In this document: one piece after another, positions 6,601-16,237 of the stretch
Numbering within the stretch: the stretch's first letter is position 1
How the letters are laid out: every line of letters starts with the position of its first letter
Virus record (IMG/VR): IMGVR_UViG_3300032329_000234
Location: 1 to 30,579 of that record
Length of the DNA: 30,579 nt
Origin: a virus
Taxonomy: Duplodnaviria; Caudoviricetes
Strand: one strand, 5' to 3'
The notes under the pieces: generated by a model
What the model saw: the letters and a program-made list of their open reading frames with translations, nothing else
What the model was told of the DNA's origin: nothing
Database searches by the model: none
Made by a program: the position numbers and the translations under genes

Positions 6601-8005
6601 ATTGATTGGTCAATCAAATGTGTTGACCAATGGTTTTGGTGGTGTTGTGTCCAACGCTGGCGTGGTATTCCAAGATGGTACATTCCAACGAACTGCCGCT
6701 AGGTCTTTCGCAGGTGACCTTGCTGGATCTGTTGTGTATGATAGTGTGCTTGGTCGTAACTTTACCAATGCTTATCCCTTAAGCACACCAACTATAGGAA
6801 CCTCAGTTCCTGGATCAAGTTCCAACAACTTCTTATTGAATGGTCCAGTTTACTCAGGTGGTGTATTACAGTATCCACCCACACAGGTCAGTGGTGTTCA
6901 GAACGTATCCAGTGTAGTATTTGGTCAGGTAGTGTCAGGCAATGTGGCCATAAACGCCAGTGGACAAACAGCACAAAATAGAAACACAGTAAACCAATTG
7001 GTATTGAGCCAATTCCGTCCAACTGGTGCTAACTCATTTGGTAGTAGTGATCGTGTTCGTAGTTCAACCGTGGTCACTGATCTTATTTTGTCAGGTCAGA
7101 CCTGGGGCTTTGCCAATTCATCAAGTCAAAGTGCCACAGCGGTAACAGCCGCTGGTAGTCAGACCAGTTTGATAGGTTATGGCACAGTGGGATCAATGGT
7201 TGGAACCACAGGTGCTGTTCAAGTTTGTCCTACCAATGGAACAGCCAACGTTCAGTATGCCACTGGTTTGTTGGCAAGTATTAGTGTAAACTCTGTTGGC
7301 GGAGCCCAATATGCTGGTAATATTGCTTATGCTCGTGGTCTATCACCCACTGTGAGTGGTTTTACCGCCAACCTAACAGTTCAGAATGCTGTTGGCCTAC
7401 ATACTCCAAGTGGTTGGGCTGGAACTGTTGGATCTTCTACCGCTGGTGCTAAAAATGCCTATGCCTTGTTGAATGAAGATGCGTTGACACAGATTCAGAC
7501 CAATGGACCAATTACAACCACAGGCGGCACAGGTAATGTCACAGTTGGTGGCAATTTAACAGTTGGTAACAATAGTACTTTTGGTGGACCTGCCACATTC
7601 AATGGCACAACCACTATTGCTGGAACACTCAGTGGAGCAACAAGAAAGCAACAAGGTTCTTATAATGTCACAAGAACCACAGCCACAGTCCTAGACAACG
7701 TTCAGGCAATTATCAGCACTGAAGGTTGGCCACAGGTAGCTGGTAATGGTTCTACTTTGACCTATTATGCTTCAGCACAGTTTTTAGTAGGTGGACAAAC
7801 GGCCGCAACAAGATTACAAAGTGCTGGATCCACTGGGGCAGGCACATTTGCCAACGTGGTTGCCAGCGTTCCATATCCCTTGGCCACAGCAGGTGATACT
7901 GTAATTGCCTATGTCCAAGATAGTACCGCTGGCAAAATGTATCGTATAACCTACGCACAAACCGTAACCGCTGGTAGTGGTTATGTAGTGATAGAACAAA
8001 TTTAA
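3683..8005 (+). CDS. Long fibre protein (1440 aa): coiled-coil shaft plus duplicated beta-rich domains
   Basis: N-terminal KGSPLSNDEVDSNFTNLN, plus fibre motifs LINSAPGTLDTLGEIA and LAAVATSGSYTDLSNKPTIP; Ala/Thr/Asn heptads; internal duplication. Confidence 0.8.
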   Translation: MTTIITRAVKGSPLSNDEVDSNFTNLNTDLVATQANVIAANTKIASTDANLGTATTNITNLQSNAASQQTQIDAKAALAGATFTGNISAPYILGNGSKLTGISAGSSTAANITVTGINTNVAYNLMLSPTYSGTAQLYAETDGSFTYNPGTNTLTVGNITGNGAGLTGIPTVTDVTTANTGMKSYVDGQVTALNTTISGVTTAWTANAGTQQTSINTNTTDIAGLRANITAANAVVATKTTTTYVDSAVTTANTAMKTYVDGQVATKTTTTYVDSAISTAVNNLINSAPGTLDTLGEIAANLALGSSAVGAVTASITSTNANVSAANAKIATLDANLGTATTNITTLFANAASQQTTMAGLRTDVDYIVNTSLPGVVSVNSVQNTRMDTFEANLGQRYTEIQTGVTNLGLATTDITALKANAAAQATQISDVNTSIVDLYANAAGQASAISTLTANAAAQATDIAVLYANAATQSSAIAGKANTSSLAAVATSGSYTDLSNKPTIPAQYSGDLAGNVIYDSVRGRFIANAYPLSTPDGSRYANGFTNYIVNTPTYSNGVLQYSSATGVASQGAMTYGGILSANVALQSAYGTGGIKQAVGFYQYNQITPVTANVMNQNDRVRGGILQLDLNLNGQTWGISGNTYSQGAVFAAAGGAVAQIIGPGTIGSLIASINGVNINPAPGLQSNIQYATGTHSVVSFNSNATTAQGNVVNARLFAGGLSGFSGNNTVVNAIGLHTYNGWAGTIGTTSGAKNAYALLNEDTSTLIQTSGNIVFASGSGKGIVFSDGTVQTTAASGSGGSGTYGDANVAAYLSAALAQNVDTYSLTSGNISSRGSISATTGFFWSNGTPYSTGSGNASTGNISFVNTTLTPTTDNVTLLKSYTGNVISQASNFISQLAYVENYNSITTGNIYATSRRGSYAFASDAGIFGGAESGPMVGFQLQPADNAAGSPGQQYYHVMPQDGRFITAGNVLIGQSNVLTNGFGGVVSNAGVVFQDGTFQRTAARSFAGDLAGSVVYDSVLGRNFTNAYPLSTPTIGTSVPGSSSNNFLLNGPVYSGGVLQYPPTQVSGVQNVSSVVFGQVVSGNVAINASGQTAQNRNTVNQLVLSQFRPTGANSFGSSDRVRSSTVVTDLILSGQTWGFANSSSQSATAVTAAGSQTSLIGYGTVGSMVGTTGAVQVCPTNGTANVQYATGLLASISVNSVGGAQYAGNIAYARGLSPTVSGFTANLTVQNAVGLHTPSGWAGTVGSSTAGAKNAYALLNEDALTQIQTNGPITTTGGTGNVTVGGNLTVGNNSTFGGPATFNGTTTIAGTLSGATRKQQGSYNVTRTTATVLDNVQAIISTEGWPQVAGNGSTLTYYASAQFLVGGQTAATRLQSAGSTGAGTFANVVASVPYPLATAGDTVIAYVQDSTAGKMYRITYAQTVTAGSGYVVIEQI

Positions 8006-8013
8006 GGAACCAT

Positions 8014-8667
8014 ATGACTTGGCCAACTTCACAAGTATCAACAACTAACTTAGACCAAGGCACTGATAATCCAGGCCTTGCTCGCCCTGATCTAAAATCA
8101 GCAGTAGACAATATCAACGCTGTTGTTGCGGAATTTGGTAATGTTTCACTGTCCTCAAGCACTGAAGGTCAAGTGATTACCAAGGTCAGTGGAGTTTGGA
8201 CTGGTGCCACTCCCGCTACATATGGTAATACACAGGTGGCCGCATATCTTGTGGCCAATCCACCACCAGGCACCTATGGCAATACGCAAGTAAGTGCTTA
8301 CTTACCTTCATATATTCCCACATACACAGGCGTGGTTCCTGTAGCCAAATACAAAGAAGGTGCCTATGTCAGCACCGCAACCACTGGCACAGTCAATTTG
8401 GATTTTGCCAATGGTAATCAACAGATCCTAAATGCCACTGGCAATATTACCCTAGGATTTGTCAACGCACCCACAGCCTCAACAATGAGCATAGTGTTTA
8501 ACACTGGTGCCGCAAGCCGTTCCATTACATTTGCCAACACAGCCAAATACGCTGGTAATGTTCGTACAGTAAGTTCAACCATCAACACCACTGATGTCAT
8601 TGTGGCATCAACATATGATTCTGGTTCTACATACCTAATAAGTATTGTTAAGGGATTTGTTTCGTGA
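8014..8667 (+). CDS. Short fibre protein (paralogue of 27872-28576)
   Basis: Shares the N-terminal WP..TNLD..D...AR.DL anchor, YGN..VAAYL motif and C-terminal beta domain with 27872. Confidence 0.7.
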   Translation: MTWPTSQVSTTNLDQGTDNPGLARPDLKSAVDNINAVVAEFGNVSLSSSTEGQVITKVSGVWTGATPATYGNTQVAAYLVANPPPGTYGNTQVSAYLPSYIPTYTGVVPVAKYKEGAYVSTATTGTVNLDFANGNQQILNATGNITLGFVNAPTASTMSIVFNTGAASRSITFANTAKYAGNVRTVSSTINTTDVIVASTYDSGSTYLISIVKGFVS

Positions 8668-9374
8668 TTGGTCAGGCATTACATAGTTTATTTCAACTGG
8701 CCTCTGGCGGTGGAGCAGGATCAGCCACGCCAGGATCTGGTTCCATTGCCTATGATGGTGCCTATACTGTTGTAACCTATACCGCATCTGATACAGTTAT
8801 TGTGTCAGGTGGCAATTTAGACATTACCTATCTCATAGTTGGAGCAGGTGGAGCAGGTGGCGGATACATTGGCGGTGGCGGTGGCGGAGGACAAGTCCTT
8901 ACAGGTTCCGCTTCATTGGCACCTGGATCATATGCCATCACAGTTGGAACCAACAGTGGTGATTCAAGCACATTCAATAGCCTAACAGCCGCAGGTGGTG
9001 GTTCAGGACAAAATGGTAATCTTAACGGAAATGGTGGCAATGGCGGAACATCAGGTAATGGTCATTCAGGTGGCTCAGGTGGCAATGCCAATAATACAGC
9101 AGGAGCAGGCGGTGGCGGTAATGCTACCAACGGCACCAATGCTTCAAGCACCACAGCAGGTCGCGGTGGCGATGGATCACCAAGTTCAATAACAGGCACT
9201 ACATTATATTATGGAGCAGGTGGCTCTGGTGGTATTGGCAAAGGACAGGCCTGGCACGGTTCAGGTGGCCAATTGAATTCTGGATCATATGGAACAGGTG
9301 CTGGTGGTAATGGTGAAACATACAGCACAGTAGCAGGAACACAAGGCGTTGTTATTATCAGATACTTAACATAA
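8664..9374 (+). CDS. Glycine-rich adhesin / fibre tip protein
   Basis: YLIVGAGGAGG...GGGGGGGQV...YYGAGGSGG...GVVIIRYL is the typical phage Gly-rich domain; GTGA overlap. Confidence 0.75.
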   Translation: MIGQALHSLFQLASGGGAGSATPGSGSIAYDGAYTVVTYTASDTVIVSGGNLDITYLIVGAGGAGGGYIGGGGGGGQVLTGSASLAPGSYAITVGTNSGDSSTFNSLTAAGGGSGQNGNLNGNGGNGGTSGNGHSGGSGGNANNTAGAGGGGNATNGTNASSTTAGRGGDGSPSSITGTTLYYGAGGSGGIGKGQAWHGSGGQLNSGSYGTGAGGNGETYSTVAGTQGVVIIRYLT

Positions 9375-9451
9375 AGAATTTTAGCGATAGCACGGTGCTG
9401 TCGCAAATAAACCAGGCCAATTGACAGGCCTACCAATATAAGGAGAAAAAT

Positions 9452-9871
9452 ATGTCAGCATCAAGCGATTATTTAGAAAAGGCATTATTAGATCACGTTT
9501 TACGCAATACAGCATACACACAACCATCTGGTTTGTATGTTGCTTTGTTTAACAACACATCTGGCGTTGCCGCAACAAACATTGAAGCAGGAACACTAAC
9601 TGATGAAACATCAACATCTGGCACAGGTTATGGTCGCAAGGCTATCACTTTCAATGCCGCTTCATCACCTGGTGGCACAGCAACAAGTTCAGCAACTGTA
9701 ACTTTTGACGCCGCAACAGCAAACTGGGGAACTATTACTCACGTTGCTATTATGGATGCTCAAACAGCAGGCCACGTTTTATTCTGGGGTGCTTTAACAA
9801 CATCCAAGACTGTGGCAACTGGTGATACATTCCAGATTAGTTCTGGTAATATGACAGTAAGTTTAGCCTAA
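9452..9871 (+). CDS. Conserved virion fibre/structural protein
   Basis: Common phage family SDYLEKALLDHVL...YVALF...GYGRKAITF...ANWGTITHVAIMDA...GDTFQI; AAGGAG RBS. Confidence 0.75.
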   Translation: MSASSDYLEKALLDHVLRNTAYTQPSGLYVALFNNTSGVAATNIEAGTLTDETSTSGTGYGRKAITFNAASSPGGTATSSATVTFDAATANWGTITHVAIMDAQTAGHVLFWGALTTSKTVATGDTFQISSGNMTVSLA

Positions 9872-9904
9872 TACTCAAGTATTAGTTTTATAAAGGAATA
9901 AGAT

Positions 9905-12178
9905 ATGGCCTTGACGATAGCCGCAGGACACAACATAGCAACATCCAATAGTGTTGGGTTTCCTGGTGAGTATAGTTATAGGTCATTTCTCTTTGCTTCC
10001 AAGTTTAGTCTTGGGAGAGCATTAAATACAGGCGAAGAAGTAGTATTATGGAGCACTCTTGGTGCTAATACTATTTCTTCAATGTCAGGATATCCAGCAG
10101 TGACAATGCCAAGTGATCATCAGATCAGCATTGCCAATGTCTATGGAAATTATTATTATCAATTCAAGTTTAGAATCTCTATAGCAGAGAACAATCCAAA
10201 CAATACCGCTGGACATACGCCAGGTGTATATCTACATCAGTTAGAAATGCGTAGTTTGCCATTTACATTATCAAATCCAACTGGCACTAATCATATCTAT
10301 TTTAGATTTAAGGCCTGGGAGCGTGATACAAGTGAAGCCTGGATGACCAATGATACCACGGCGGATCAATATGCCTATGCTACCAGCAATGGTATGAACT
10401 ATTCAAGTTGTTATGTCAACAGCACAGCAAGGTGGTTGGCAACAACACAGAGTCAATCATTAAACTGGTCAAGAGCACATTCTGATTCATCTATAGGTAT
10501 AACATTGCCTTTAAGTAATGGATTTACATATCAGGCTAATGAATCATTATCTAACTTCAATCGTCTTGGACCATACAACGTTGGTGTTGGTAGTTATTTT
10601 ACAGGTTTTGATAAATCTGCCTTTGGATCATCAAGCAATCCAACCAGTATCTCATTGGATGATATTTGGTTAGGCAACTTTGATAGCATTAGTGGCTGGT
10701 CAAATGTTCCTGGACAGACCACTGGCAACCAAAGATTCTATAATTCAACTAATCCAAACTTAATTGCCAGCGATGGAACATTAAACACTGGCCTTCGTGC
10801 TAAGTTATTTTATTCTACTACATATAATTCAGCCACAGTTGATTTAGGTAGCATTGGTTCACCTGGTGATTTAACATTGTCTGATGGTGGTTCAGGTAGT
10901 TTAATTCCTGCTACAGCATCAGTAAATTCTTTAGCAACACTAACTTGTAATGCTGGTCTAAGCATTCAAGCACCAGCAACTACATTAGCAACAGCGGCAA
11001 CCACAGTTATTTCACCACAGAAGATCTTAGATATTGTGGTTGGTAGATACTTTGCTGATGATTATACAGGTCCTGATTATGCGGGCGATGACACATTCCG
11101 CATAACCACTCAGACAACTACAACTGGTCAGGTATTCCTTGGTGCTGTTAAAAATTTCCAAACGGCATTTGCCTTAAACACATCAGCAGGTGTCATATTT
11201 GGTCAAGAATTTGTCATTGACATTGTATCATTTACTGATATTTCTATTACAGCCGTTGAAAAGATTGTAGATGCCGCCTTGGTTGGTTCAGCCGCTACAT
11301 TGACCACTGACAGTTATGTATATACAGGTGGCGTAGCCAATTTACAATCTGTAACCACTGTTTATGCCGCTCCCAAGTTTGATCATTATGCTGTGGCCAA
11401 CTTACAAGCCGTTACCTCAATTACCGCATCAGGTAGTTATAGTGGTCAAGTTATTGATATGGCTGATCAGGTCAGCAATTATACCTGGGACAGCGTTACA
11501 AGTTGGGATAACTTCAACAATGGAGTATGGGCAGTCAATGGTTTATTAGACCAAACTCGTGCCACACTGACCACTGTTGGTGGTCTAAGACATTATGGTA
11601 ATGCCACAATATCAACGGCAGCCAATCTAACCGCAACAGGCACAATGGTCCAATGGGCCACAGCAGTATTAGACACACACGCTTATCTAACATCTGGTAG
11701 TCGCATTGTCAAAGACGCAGAATATCTAAACTTTGCCGCTGTTTCAACCTTGACCACAACTGGTCTACGCATTGAAGAAATAAACGCAACATTATTTGAT
11801 GTTTGCCAACTAACAACTACCGCTTATGTCAAATGGTCTGCCAACAGTCAGATCACCACACAGGCCGCGGTAGCCACAGTGGGTGGTGTCAAGTGGATGA
11901 CTCCTCAGGCTAACTTGGCCGCTGTCACATCTACTAATATCATTGGTGGTGTCAAGTGGATGACTCCAACAGCCACATTGGCCACACACGCTGAAATACA
12001 GGCACGCGGCACATTAAACAAGATTGATACCTATAGACGCATCAAAGTGCCCAAGGATATCAGAGCAACCGCAGTCGCAACAGACTATAGAACCATAGTA
12101 GTTCCACAGAATACAAGGGTGTTCCATATTGCTGAACCACCATTGATAAATCCAACGATAGAGAGACAACAAGTATGA
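9905..12178 (+). CDS. Large virion structural/fibre protein with beta-strand repeats
   Basis: 757 aa, Thr/Ala-rich repeats in the C-terminal half; 23-bp exact repeat at 11882-11904 and 11945-11967. Confidence 0.65.
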   Translation: MALTIAAGHNIATSNSVGFPGEYSYRSFLFASKFSLGRALNTGEEVVLWSTLGANTISSMSGYPAVTMPSDHQISIANVYGNYYYQFKFRISIAENNPNNTAGHTPGVYLHQLEMRSLPFTLSNPTGTNHIYFRFKAWERDTSEAWMTNDTTADQYAYATSNGMNYSSCYVNSTARWLATTQSQSLNWSRAHSDSSIGITLPLSNGFTYQANESLSNFNRLGPYNVGVGSYFTGFDKSAFGSSSNPTSISLDDIWLGNFDSISGWSNVPGQTTGNQRFYNSTNPNLIASDGTLNTGLRAKLFYSTTYNSATVDLGSIGSPGDLTLSDGGSGSLIPATASVNSLATLTCNAGLSIQAPATTLATAATTVISPQKILDIVVGRYFADDYTGPDYAGDDTFRITTQTTTTGQVFLGAVKNFQTAFALNTSAGVIFGQEFVIDIVSFTDISITAVEKIVDAALVGSAATLTTDSYVYTGGVANLQSVTTVYAAPKFDHYAVANLQAVTSITASGSYSGQVIDMADQVSNYTWDSVTSWDNFNNGVWAVNGLLDQTRATLTTVGGLRHYGNATISTAANLTATGTMVQWATAVLDTHAYLTSGSRIVKDAEYLNFAAVSTLTTTGLRIEEINATLFDVCQLTTTAYVKWSANSQITTQAAVATVGGVKWMTPQANLAAVTSTNIIGGVKWMTPTATLATHAEIQARGTLNKIDTYRRIKVPKDIRATAVATDYRTIVVPQNTRVFHIAEPPLINPTIERQQV

Positions 12179-12510
12179 CAACAATAACAGGATTCAAGGC
12201 TGACCAATATGGAGCCTATATTGAAAAAGACCCACAAGCCAACCTGGACTATAGTGTGGATTGGTCTGATTGGTTGGCCCAAGGTGATAATCTACGCACT
12301 AGTAGTTGGACTATCAGCACAGTTTCTGGTGATGGATCACCATTGACACAAACAGCCAATACTACAAATACCAACACCAGCACCAGTACCATTTATGTTA
12401 GTGGTGGTTCAGCAGGCAATACATATACAGTAACCAATCATATTACCACTGACAATGGCCTAGTTGATGAACGTTATTTCCGTATTCGTGTTAAGAATCG
12501 TAGTTTATAA
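12175..12510 (+). CDS. Fibre-adaptor-like small virion protein
   Basis: KDPQANLDYSVDWSDWL...GGSAGNTYTVTNHITT..G..DER.FRI.V is a widespread phage structural family. Confidence 0.7.
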   Translation: MTTITGFKADQYGAYIEKDPQANLDYSVDWSDWLAQGDNLRTSSWTISTVSGDGSPLTQTANTTNTNTSTSTIYVSGGSAGNTYTVTNHITTDNGLVDERYFRIRVKNRSL

Positions 12511-12519
12511 AGGAACAGT

Positions 12520-12933
12520 ATGTTAGAACAAGATGATCTCACTCCAGATTATCAACTTGAACCTGAGGAGGCTGAAGCACAGGCGGAATTAGATATAGCA
12601 CCTGCGGCGGATGTTGAAGCAAAGAAACAAAGAAAACCTCGTAAAGAAATTGATAGAGAAGTAGTTATTAAATTGGCTCGCCTACATTGTAATGTTAGCG
12701 AGATAGCCCGTTGGTTTGGGGTTGATCAAAACACAATCAACCTTAGATTCAAGGATGATATTGAATTGGCCCGTGGAGAAACCAAGGCCAAACTTCGTAG
12801 AAAGATGTTGGAAGAGGCAATGAATGGAAATACAACTATGTTGATTTGGTTATCCAAGAATATGTTGGGATTCTCAGACAATGGCCCTATTGAAAGTGAT
12901 GATAAGAAACCTTTACCTTGGACTGATGCGTAA
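12520..12933 (+). CDS. terS: Terminase small subunit
   Basis: HTH-like LARLHCNVSEIARWFGV plus AMNGNTTMLIWLSKNMLG; immediately upstream of TerL. Confidence 0.75.
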   Translation: MLEQDDLTPDYQLEPEEAEAQAELDIAPAADVEAKKQRKPRKEIDREVVIKLARLHCNVSEIARWFGVDQNTINLRFKDDIELARGETKAKLRRKMLEEAMNGNTTMLIWLSKNMLGFSDNGPIESDDKKPLPWTDA

Positions 12934-14183
12934 TGCCTTTAAGTGAGCCACAAAAAAATATCGCTGATAGCCCTGCCCGCTTTCGTGTGGCAGTAAGTGG
13001 TCGCCGCTTTGGTAAGACCCATATTGCGATTCGTGAGTTGGCCAAACACGCTAGGTTCCATAACCAGATCTGCTGGGCAGTATTTCCTAGTTATAGGATG
13101 GCCAGAACCGTGGTCTGGGATAAATTAAAAGCCGCTCTAGGTGAATTGAATTGGATTGCCAAAGTCAACGAAAGTGATCTCAGCATCCGTTTGGTCAATG
13201 GTAGTCAGATTGCTCTACGCGGAGCAGATAACTTTGATTCATTACGCGGAATTGGTTTGAATTTTTTATGTCTAGACGAAGTTGCTGACATAGATGAAAA
13301 AGCCTGGACTGAAGTATTACGTCCTACCTTGAGTGACAAGCAGGGCAAAGCCTTGTTCTTGGGCACACCTAAGGGCATTGGTAATTGGCTTTTTGATCTA
13401 TATCAGAAAGGACAAGATCCAGAAGAACATCAATGGGAATCGTGGCAATACACCACCCTGGAAGGTGGAGTTGTTCCGCCACAAGAAATTGAAGACGCAC
13501 GAAATGATCTTGATGAAGCAACATTCCGTCAAGAGTATATGGCCAGTTTTGAAACGGCCAGCAATCGTGTATATTATGCGTTTAATAGACAACAAAACAT
13601 TCAAGCCTATACTAACACAATTGAACGACACGAAATACTTTATACAGGTTGGGACTTTAACATTGATCCAATGAGTATTGTTGTTGCTGTCAAACGAGGA
13701 GATCAATTATATGTCATTGACGAAATCTGTCTGTATTCTTCTAACACCCAAGAAGCCTGTGATGAAGTCCGTAGCAGATATCCTAACAACAGAATCTGGG
13801 CCTACCCAGACCCAGCCAGTCGCCAACGCAAGACCTCAGCGGGCGGCTTTACTGACTTGTCAATTCTCGCTAACAACGGATTCACAGTTAAAGCACCAAA
13901 TAGTCACACCCAAGTTAGAGATAGAATCAACGCTGTCAATAGCAGACTCAGAAGTGCCAGCGGACAAGTAAATCTATACATTGACAGCAAGTGTAAACAC
14001 TTGATTGAAAGTTTAGAAAAGCAAAGTTACAAAGCAGGAAGTACTATTCCAGACAAAGATTCTGGATTTGACCATATGAATGACGCACTTGGATATATGA
14101 TTGATTATATGTTCCCTGTTCGTAGAGATACCAGTCATATCGCCCAGCCAAAGACCTGGGGACACAAATTATCAGCACACTAA
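12933..14183 (+). CDS. terL: Terminase large subunit
   Basis: Walker A SGRRFGKT, Walker B LCLDEVA, coupling motif FLGTPKG, nuclease motifs GWDFNIDP and DHMNDALGY. Confidence 0.97.
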   Translation: MPLSEPQKNIADSPARFRVAVSGRRFGKTHIAIRELAKHARFHNQICWAVFPSYRMARTVVWDKLKAALGELNWIAKVNESDLSIRLVNGSQIALRGADNFDSLRGIGLNFLCLDEVADIDEKAWTEVLRPTLSDKQGKALFLGTPKGIGNWLFDLYQKGQDPEEHQWESWQYTTLEGGVVPPQEIEDARNDLDEATFRQEYMASFETASNRVYYAFNRQQNIQAYTNTIERHEILYTGWDFNIDPMSIVVAVKRGDQLYVIDEICLYSSNTQEACDEVRSRYPNNRIWAYPDPASRQRKTSAGGFTDLSILANNGFTVKAPNSHTQVRDRINAVNSRLRSASGQVNLYIDSKCKHLIESLEKQSYKAGSTIPDKDSGFDHMNDALGYMIDYMFPVRRDTSHIAQPKTWGHKLSAH

Positions 14184-14195
14184 GGAAGATATAAT

Positions 14196-15683
14196 ATGCC
14201 AACAAACACAGGAGTAGGAGCCAGTAAAGAATATGAAGCATTACTGGGCACCCACGAACAATACCAAAACTTAAATGGTCGCTGGAGATTCTTATTGAAT
14301 AGTTTCCTAGGCGGTGAAATGTATCGTCAAGGACAATACCTAACACGCTATGCCAATGAAAGTGAACAAGATTATATTACTCGTATGATCACAACACCCC
14401 TGGACAATCACGTTAAAGGAGTCTTGGCTGTTTATAATGCTTTCCTTTTCCGCAAGCCACCAACTCGTGACTTTGCCAGTCTAGAAGGCAATCCTGACAT
14501 TGACAAATTCTTAGAAGATGCCAACTTAGAAGGTCAGAGTTTTGATAGTTTTATGAAAGATGTTTCTACCTATTCAGGTGTATTTGGACACGTTTGGGTA
14601 GTGTTGACCAAACCTAATCTTGGTGCCTTGACTCGTGCTGATGAACAAATCCTGGGTGCTCGTCCATATATCAGTATGGTAACTCCGCTTGCGGCCCTAG
14701 ATTGGGAGTGGACACGCACCGCTGTTGGCAGTTATGAATTGACCTATTTCAAATATATGGAAGACAGTGATCGCAGTCATATTTTCACTATCAAGGAATG
14801 GTACAAAGACAAAATCATTACCAGCATTGTGAACAAAAGTGATCAGATGATTGAAAGTCAAACAGTTGAGACCAATGGTCTTGGCTATTTGCCTATTACC
14901 ATTGCTTATAGCCAACGCAGTCCCAAGCGTGGCATTGGTATCAGTGATGTTGATGATATTGCTGATATTCAACGTGCTATCTACAATGAATATTCAGAAG
15001 TTGAACAAACTATTCGTATCAGTGGACATCCAAGTTTAGTTAAAACAGCAGAAGTTGAAGCAGTTGCTGGTGCTGGTAGTATTATACAAATGCCAGAAAA
15101 TATGGATCCTGGTTTGAAACCATATTTGTTAGAGCCAACTGGACAAAATGTCACAAACATATACGAAAGTATTAAGTATCGTGTAGAAGCCATTGACAAG
15201 ATGGCCAACCTAGGTAATGCTCGTGCTACTAAAACACAAAGTCAAGCACAATCTGGCATTGCTATGGAAACAGAATTTCAAATGTTGAATGCTCGTCTTG
15301 CTGACAAAGCAGACAACTTGGAGTTATGTGAAGATAATATCTGGCGTTTCTGGAGCAACTACCAAGGTGTAGTATGGGATGGCGATATTGAATATCCAGA
15401 TACATTCCATATTCAAGATAAGAAAAATGAAGTGGCATCATTGATTGATGCTCGCAAAACAGTTATGGATCCAGAATACCAAAAGATGTTGGATTATGAA
15501 ATTATGGAAACTGTGTTAGGTGATGAAGACTTGACCATCTACCTAAGAGATCCAATGGAGTATCAACCCCCAGCACCAGTAGCCGCTGGGATGATCAATG
15601 AAGTTCAACAGGCCTCTTTAGGCATTACACAACAAGGTGTCGCAGGCAACCTACAAGTACCACAACAAGGAACACAACAATGA
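14196..15683 (+). CDS. Portal protein
   Basis: 495 aa directly after TerL; YL.RY..E...DY..R, GISDVDDIADIQRAIYN and QSGIAM..EF..LNARL motifs. Confidence 0.9.
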   Translation: MPTNTGVGASKEYEALLGTHEQYQNLNGRWRFLLNSFLGGEMYRQGQYLTRYANESEQDYITRMITTPLDNHVKGVLAVYNAFLFRKPPTRDFASLEGNPDIDKFLEDANLEGQSFDSFMKDVSTYSGVFGHVWVVLTKPNLGALTRADEQILGARPYISMVTPLAALDWEWTRTAVGSYELTYFKYMEDSDRSHIFTIKEWYKDKIITSIVNKSDQMIESQTVETNGLGYLPITIAYSQRSPKRGIGISDVDDIADIQRAIYNEYSEVEQTIRISGHPSLVKTAEVEAVAGAGSIIQMPENMDPGLKPYLLEPTGQNVTNIYESIKYRVEAIDKMANLGNARATKTQSQAQSGIAMETEFQMLNARLADKADNLELCEDNIWRFWSNYQGVVWDGDIEYPDTFHIQDKKNEVASLIDARKTVMDPEYQKMLDYEIMETVLGDEDLTIYLRDPMEYQPPAPVAAGMINEVQQASLGITQQGVAGNLQVPQQGTQQ

Positions 15684-16189
15684 TCAAACTTAGCAATCAA
15701 ATGAAACAATTATGGGCAGACAATTTTGCTGTCTATACCAAAACACACGGATTCCACGTAAATGTAACTGGCTGTGGATTTTATGCCAATCATTTATTTT
15801 TAGAAAAAATCTATACCACCATCTATGAATATATTGACCGCTTGGCGGAAGGTATTCGCACCCTGGAAGAAGTGGCACCATTCAGTATAGATCGTGTCAA
15901 ACAACTGACCACAATCAAAGATGAAACAGTGGTCCCTTGTCCTGAAGATATGTGGATGGAGTTGTATTATGATGTTGAAACTCTAAAACAAGATGGCATA
16001 AAAGCATTTGATCTATGTCAAACAGAAAAGCGTTACGGTTTACAAAATATTCTCGCTGACTACTTAGAGGATATGGAACATCTATGCTGGATGTTGAATG
16101 CCAGTATGGAAGATGCCAAAGTTCAAGCAGCCAAAGAAGCCGCTGAAGTCAAACTAGGCATTCCAGAAGAACCAACACCAAAGATTTAA
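15680..16189 (+). CDS. dps: Dps/ferritin-like protein
   Basis: Dps ferroxidase signature YTKTHGFHVNVTG..FYANHLFLEKIY...IDRLAEGIR and C-terminal WML. Confidence 0.85.
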   Translation: MIKLSNQMKQLWADNFAVYTKTHGFHVNVTGCGFYANHLFLEKIYTTIYEYIDRLAEGIRTLEEVAPFSIDRVKQLTTIKDETVVPCPEDMWMELYYDVETLKQDGIKAFDLCQTEKRYGLQNILADYLEDMEHLCWMLNASMEDAKVQAAKEAAEVKLGIPEEPTPKI

Positions 16190-16194
16190 TAAGA

Positions 16195-16202
16195 CATAAA
16201 TA
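16195..16202 (+). promoter_or_regulatory. CATAAATA late-like promoter of scaffold and capsid genes
   Basis: Intergenic; AGGAGG follows before ATG 16238. Confidence 0.6.
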
Positions 16203-16237
16203 ACTATACATTACTCATTTAGGAGGCATAGGCAACA

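Noticed and set aside
5213-7500. Diversity-generating retroelement template/variable repeat pair
   Set aside because: There is no reverse transcriptase, both copies are in-frame coding domains, and differences are not adenine-specific.
9384-9431. Hairpin GCGATAGCA/TGCTGTCGC as a terminator and TTGACA (9421-9426) as a promoter
   Set aside because: The hairpin has no downstream U-tract on the + strand and there is no -10 box at the right spacing; it may be an mRNA stability or processing hairpin.
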